From a bacterium (GTDB lineage Bacteria; Patescibacteriota; Minisyncoccia; Phycocordibacterales; UBA5272), in the NCBI GenBank assembly GCA_043719155.1, contig JAYSUJ010000024.1, positions 3,424-67,423 of the forward strand: a stretch of DNA of 64,000 nt, given 5' to 3'. Shown here piece by piece: positions 59,673-64,000 of this stretch. The position numbers were made by a program, and so were the translations under genes. The stretch's first letter is position 1. The number at the start of each line of letters is the position of its first letter. Under the pieces are notes generated by a model, which was not told the origin of the DNA, did no database searches, and saw nothing but the letters and a program-made list of their open reading frames with translations.

Positions 59673-59710
59673 CTCAGAATATCCAAGTTGGTATTGACAT
59701 CATAGCATTT

Positions 59711-60883
59711 TTAGAGTTTTAAATAAACCTCCTCGGTTTTTTTACACATAGTTTCTAATTTATAAATTTCAGGCAGATCTGTATTTCTAGGTAGAGAATT
59801 GTCCAACAAAAGTTTATTTATTACCCCAGATATTTCTTCAACATTTTTACTCTGTACCAAGTTTATCTCAAACTGTTCCGCCATTTCAGGAATTCCTCCA
59901 ACACTAGTTGCAACTATGGGTACACCAGCCATTTTGGCTTCTAAAAGAGTGTAAGGCAAGCCCTCTTTTAGACTAGTTAAAGTAAAGACGTCAAAAGCTT
60001 TTAAATATTTATAAGCATCGGGGGTTTTTCCAAGCAAGAAAAAATTATCTTTCATTTTTAATTTGTTAATTTTTTCTTGCAGCTCTTCCCTATATTTATC
60101 TTCCCCAAACCCTAAAACTAAAAAGATAGTTTCTGGAAATTTTTGTAAAATTTTGGCAGCTGCTTCAATTAAATATTCTAAACCTTTGGTTTTATACAAA
60201 TTGGAAATTGTACCTACTACTTTTTGTTCTTCATCTTTTTTATTTATTTTTTCAAAAATATATTTTCTGGCTTCTTTTTTTTCTAGCATTTTAACTTGTA
60301 AATATTTTACCCCATTTTGAATTAGTGAATATTTGTTTTTATTTCTTAGAATAAAATATTTCTTTCCCACACTTACATCTTTCTCGGTTATTAAGATAGT
60401 ATGTGTCCTGAAAACTGAAGAGATAATTTCTAAAAAAATAAAAAAAAGTTTCTTCAGAATATTCATTGGCTCTAAAAAAACAAAACCATGAACAGTGAAA
60501 ATACATTTACTTTTTAACTGCACACTACCGGGAAGTGTGGAGGACAGAAAAGAAGCGACTGCGCCTACTACCCCAGACTTACTGGAGTTTAAATGAACAA
60601 CATCTGGGTTTATTTTTTTGTACAGTTTAAAAAAATCCCAAACACTTTTGATATCTCTAAATAATTTTATTTCTCTCTGATGAGATTTTATTTCGAATAA
60701 ATTTTCTTTTTTTATGCCACTTTTTTCAAGTTGGAGAAAAAGCCATTTGTCACCCTCATTTTCTATTTCGCCAACTGCTACAAATATTTCATAACCTTTT
60801 TTTAGCATTTCAGGTGCCAAATCAGAAATATATTTTTGTGCCCCTCCTTGCTCACCCTGCGTCACAACGTACAAAATTTTCAT
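59711..60883 (-). CDS. Glycosyltransferase family 4 (GT-B)
   Basis: E-x7-E-like C-terminal motif EGLPYTLLEAKMAGVPIVATSVGGIPE. Confidence 0.75.
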   Translation of the reverse strand: MKILYVVTQGEQGGAQKYISDLAPEMLKKGYEIFVAVGEIENEGDKWLFLQLEKSGIKKENLFEIKSHQREIKLFRDIKSVWDFFKLYKKINPDVVHLNSSKSGVVGAVASFLSSTLPGSVQLKSKCIFTVHGFVFLEPMNILKKLFFIFLEIISSVFRTHTILITEKDVSVGKKYFILRNKNKYSLIQNGVKYLQVKMLEKKEARKYIFEKINKKDEEQKVVGTISNLYKTKGLEYLIEAAAKILQKFPETIFLVLGFGEDKYREELQEKINKLKMKDNFFLLGKTPDAYKYLKAFDVFTLTSLKEGLPYTLLEAKMAGVPIVATSVGGIPEMAEQFEINLVQSKNVEEISGVINKLLLDNSLPRNTDLPEIYKLETMCKKTEEVYLKL

Positions 60884-60884
60884 A

Positions 60885-62513
60885 TTATTTTGTACAAGCT
60901 TTTATAAAGCCAGAAAACATCGGGTGTGGTGACCACGGCCTAGACAGAAACTCTGGGTGTGACTGCGTTGCCAAAAAGAAAGTGTTTTTGTCCTTACTCT
61001 CTACCAGCTCTACCAGCTTTCCATCTTTACTTGTACCTGAAACAACTACACCACCTTTATTAAAATTTTCTTCAAAACTTCTGTTTACTTCATATCTATG
61101 TCTATGTCTTTCCTCTGCCTCTATTTTCCCAAAAACTTTCGCAGCCAAACTTTCTTTTTCTATAAAACATTTATAAGTTCCCAACCTCATTGTCCCCCCC
61201 GTATTCTCTTTGCCAATCTGGTCGTTCATAATATAAACAACATTTTCATTTGTGTCTGAAAACTCTTCACTATTGGCATTTTTCAACCCACCTCTTCTAG
61301 CCGCAGCAATAACAGCCACTTGTAAGCCTAGGCAAAGGCCTAGATACGGAGTTTTGTTCTCTAGGGCAAAATTGGCTGCGCCAATTTTGCCCTCTACCCC
61401 ACGCTTTCCAAACCCACCCGGCACCAACACCCCGCAATATTTCTCTAAAACTTTTTTTATTTCACCTTCCTTTTTTCCTTCTAAACTTTCCGCATCCACC
61501 CAATCATATTTTAGGCTTACCCCAGAGTGCCATGCAGCGATTTTTAAACTTTCTATTACAGAGTAATAAGTATCTGCATTGTCCAGATATTTTGCCACAA
61601 TACCAATATGTATTTCTTTTTTGCTAGCCTTACTTTTTGTAAATAAGTCTAAAACCTTGTACCACTTTTCTTGCATCTTTTTTTCAAAATCTTTTTCTAC
61701 TACTTTAAATTTAAATTTAGAGAAAATAAATTTATGAATTTGTTTTTCATACAAAGTGACAGGTACTCTATAAATTGTGTCGGCGTTTGGCAGCACTATT
61801 ATCTGTTCTTCTTTCACCCCAACAAATGGCGCAACCTTTTTTTCTATATAATTATTTTTAGGAACTCTTTCACATCTTGCCACTATTAAGTCTGGGACAA
61901 TGCCATACTCACGTAAATCTCGCACCGAATTTTGCAAAGGTTTGGTTTTAAACTCTTGAGAAGTTTCTAGAAAAGGTACATAGGCAACATGGACAAAAAT
62001 AACATTCTCGCGCCCCACGTCACTTGCCAACTCTCGTACCGCTTCTATAAACGACAAGGCCTCATAATCTCCTACTGTGCCTCCAAGCTCTAAGATATGG
62101 CAATCAGACTTTGCTGCCGCCTCTAAGATTTTTTCTTTTATTAAATTAGTTAAATGTGGTACTAGTTGCACATTTTTCCCTAAATATTTTCCCGCCCTTT
62201 CTCTCTCCAAAAGTTCTTTAAATAAACCACCCGACAAAAGTACGCAATCTTTATTCAGCTCTGCACCAATGAATCTTTCATAGTGACCTAAGTCCAAGTC
62301 TGTTTCCTTACCATCAGCAGTCACAAAACACTCACCATGCTCAGCAGGCGAAAGTGTGCCAGAGTCGACATTTAAATACGGCTCAAGTTTTTGCACAGTT
62401 ACTTTTTTATTTGCGCAATTTAAAAGGGCACCGATAGATGCCGCTGTTATGCCCTTACCTATTCCAGACAAAACACCTCCAGTTACAATTACATATTTTG
62501 TTTTTTTACTCAT
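60885..62513 (-). CDS. pyrG: CTP synthase
   Basis: KYVIVTGGVLSGIGKGITAAS N-terminus and a C-terminal GATase domain (GLCLGLQ...HRHRYEVN). Confidence 0.9.
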   Translation of the reverse strand: MSKKTKYVIVTGGVLSGIGKGITAASIGALLNCANKKVTVQKLEPYLNVDSGTLSPAEHGECFVTADGKETDLDLGHYERFIGAELNKDCVLLSGGLFKELLERERAGKYLGKNVQLVPHLTNLIKEKILEAAAKSDCHILELGGTVGDYEALSFIEAVRELASDVGRENVIFVHVAYVPFLETSQEFKTKPLQNSVRDLREYGIVPDLIVARCERVPKNNYIEKKVAPFVGVKEEQIIVLPNADTIYRVPVTLYEKQIHKFIFSKFKFKVVEKDFEKKMQEKWYKVLDLFTKSKASKKEIHIGIVAKYLDNADTYYSVIESLKIAAWHSGVSLKYDWVDAESLEGKKEGEIKKVLEKYCGVLVPGGFGKRGVEGKIGAANFALENKTPYLGLCLGLQVAVIAAARRGGLKNANSEEFSDTNENVVYIMNDQIGKENTGGTMRLGTYKCFIEKESLAAKVFGKIEAEERHRHRYEVNRSFEENFNKGGVVVSGTSKDGKLVELVESKDKNTFFLATQSHPEFLSRPWSPHPMFSGFIKACTK

Positions 62514-62572
62514 ATTTAAAAAAAAGTATAAACAAAAAAAACAACTTTTTCAAGTTGTTTTTTTTGTTAAAA

Positions 62573-63409
62573 TTATACTTCTGCTACTTTATTTATTTCA
62601 TAAAGTTTTCGGTACAAAAATATGCCGCTCATGGCTGACCAACCAACTGCTATAAATATAGCAGGGAAAACACCCACTATTAGGCAAATAAGGCCAGCCA
62701 AGACAAGGCATAACATTAAAAAACCTTGTACCAAACCAAAACCTAACAATTTCCACTTGATTCCTTCGGTCATTTTTGACGACATAGTGAAGGCATCTGA
62801 AACTTTCATATTTTTGTCAACCACCAAATTTAAAACTTGGCCGTAGCGGACTGCTATATATATTCCAGGGATAATAAATAATACAAAACCTACAAATATA
62901 GCAGCGCAATAAGCTAGATATACCAGAAGATAGTTGCAAATTTTTTTAGTATTCCCGTTTTCAGAATTTGGTAAAACCAAAACATCTTTCAAATTAAAAA
63001 TATTTGTTGAGTCTTGTTGACCATCATTTTTTGTGTCAAAAATTTTAAAATAACTTTTGTATAAATTAAACCCAACTATGATACCCCAAAGTGTAGTTAA
63101 AAAGACAAAGAGTACATATAGTACTGTCTCACTTGCCCCTGCTACCCATACCTGCTCTATCATGTCTGTCCCAACTTCGTTCAAGACTGTTTGAGCTTCG
63201 TAAAGTCTCATTTTCCAAACTTCTCCTAAAATAGTAAACGGCAAAGTAGCCAGCGCCCAAGTCAGAAAAAGAACCAAAAGTTTTGACCAATTTTTGGAAA
63301 ACTTGTCCCAACCTTCTTTTAAAGTTTCTTCTATTTTAAAACTATTTCTGTTTATTGTATTTGTTTCCATTTTTAAATTATAATGCAAATTTCCTATAAA
63401 GCAAAGCAC
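62573..63409 (-). CDS. Hypothetical polytopic membrane protein (DUF975-like?)
   Basis: Multi-TM. Its C-terminal region resembles the neighbouring gene. Confidence 0.35.
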   Translation of the reverse strand: MLCFIGNLHYNLKMETNTINRNSFKIEETLKEGWDKFSKNWSKLLVLFLTWALATLPFTILGEVWKMRLYEAQTVLNEVGTDMIEQVWVAGASETVLYVLFVFLTTLWGIIVGFNLYKSYFKIFDTKNDGQQDSTNIFNLKDVLVLPNSENGNTKKICNYLLVYLAYCAAIFVGFVLFIIPGIYIAVRYGQVLNLVVDKNMKVSDAFTMSSKMTEGIKWKLLGFGLVQGFLMLCLVLAGLICLIVGVFPAIFIAVGWSAMSGIFLYRKLYEINKVAEV

Positions 63410-63995
63410 TAGCCAAACTAAAGGTTAAGGAAAAAATAAGTAAGGTCGGTATAACCCCTACCACAAAACATATTAACCCAACAAGCACAGAAAGCACAAG
63501 CAAAACTAACCCAAGCAAGTAAAATTTAAAAATATTTAATTTGTTATTTTTAGTCATGTTAGCACTAATACTAAATGCTTCTACAATTTTTACACCTTTA
63601 TCTAGGACTAGTGTAGAAGCAAAAACATATTTAACTGCCAATTGTAAACTAAACCCAACCAAACACAATGACAGCAATAAAGCCAGAGTTAAAATACCAA
63701 AACTTGCACCTGACATGTAAACAGAAAAAATTGCAAAAAAAGTAACACCCGCTGGAATTACAAAATATAAACTGTAAAGAAGATTCACTATGAACCATTT
63801 AAATGAATTTAAATCTATTTTTTTAAATAGGTCAATTACTTCAAACCTTCCTCCATCTACTATTTTTAAATAAATTTTCTGGCAATTATAAGCAATCCAG
63901 ATACTTAACAAATAATTTAAAACTGAAAAAAAAGCAACGAGCAAATTGCAGTATAGTGGCATTTGACCGACAACTTTCCCAGAGCTTGCGTGCAA
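63378..63995 (-). CDS. Hypothetical polytopic membrane protein, tandem paralog
   Basis: LLGLVLLVLSVLVGLICFVVGVIPTLL parallels LLGFGLVQGFLMLCLVLAGLICLIVGVFPAIF in the neighbour. Confidence 0.35.
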   Translation of the reverse strand: MHASSGKVVGQMPLYCNLLVAFFSVLNYLLSIWIAYNCQKIYLKIVDGGRFEVIDLFKKIDLNSFKWFIVNLLYSLYFVIPAGVTFFAIFSVYMSGASFGILTLALLLSLCLVGFSLQLAVKYVFASTLVLDKGVKIVEAFSISANMTKNNKLNIFKFYLLGLVLLVLSVLVGLICFVVGVIPTLLIFSLTFSLASALLYRKFAL

Positions 63996-64000
63996 GAAAT

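Noticed and set aside
1-64000. CRISPR arrays, rRNA genes, IS elements with terminal inverted repeats
   Set aside because: I saw no regularly spaced direct repeats, no rRNA-like conserved stretches and no transposase-like ORFs. The only recombinase is the island's serine recombinase.

Overview
This window is AT-rich bacterial chromosome, roughly one-third G+C by eye and minus-strand dominated. Small proteins, a type IV pilin, a eukaryote-like IleRS and many DUF-type membrane proteins make it resemble a small-genome, possibly CPR/Patescibacteria-like, organism; that assignment is inference. Housekeeping content is clear and described per feature: ileS (5' partial), argS, a secE-nusG-rplK cluster, rplS, pyrG, pyrF, two RluA-family pseudouridine synthases, rlmB, ruvX, a CsaA-like tRNA-binding protein, ABC transporters, a Pif1-like helicase, a flavin-handling membrane redox cluster (FMN-binding protein, ApbE, membrane FNR-like oxidoreductase, DsbB-like), and five tRNAs (His, Leu, Val, Arg, Arg). 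The standout is an integrated element of about 18.3 kb (15051-33396). It is bounded by a perfect 22-bp direct repeat that duplicates the 3' end of an intact tRNA-His, and a large serine recombinase sits at the tRNA-proximal end. Its cargo is a 2730-aa SpvB/FG-GAP/RHS (Tc-toxin-like) polymorphic toxin whose C-terminal domain is glycine-zipper rich and unrecognised, followed by two tandem paralogous 2-TM candidate immunity genes. The element also carries a block of secreted or surface proteins: a Cys-rich protein with a peptidoglycan-binding domain, DUF3761, and coiled-coil proteins. Other oddities include a 34-nt palindromic repeat inserted in frame twice inside argS, reminiscent of Rickettsia palindromic elements (RPEs). 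There are also several sharply GC-rich gene-sized patches with their own GC-rich terminators, among them a vWA protein, a pyrF, and a Cys/His-rich ORF wedged between nusG and rplK. No CRISPR array and no rRNA were seen.
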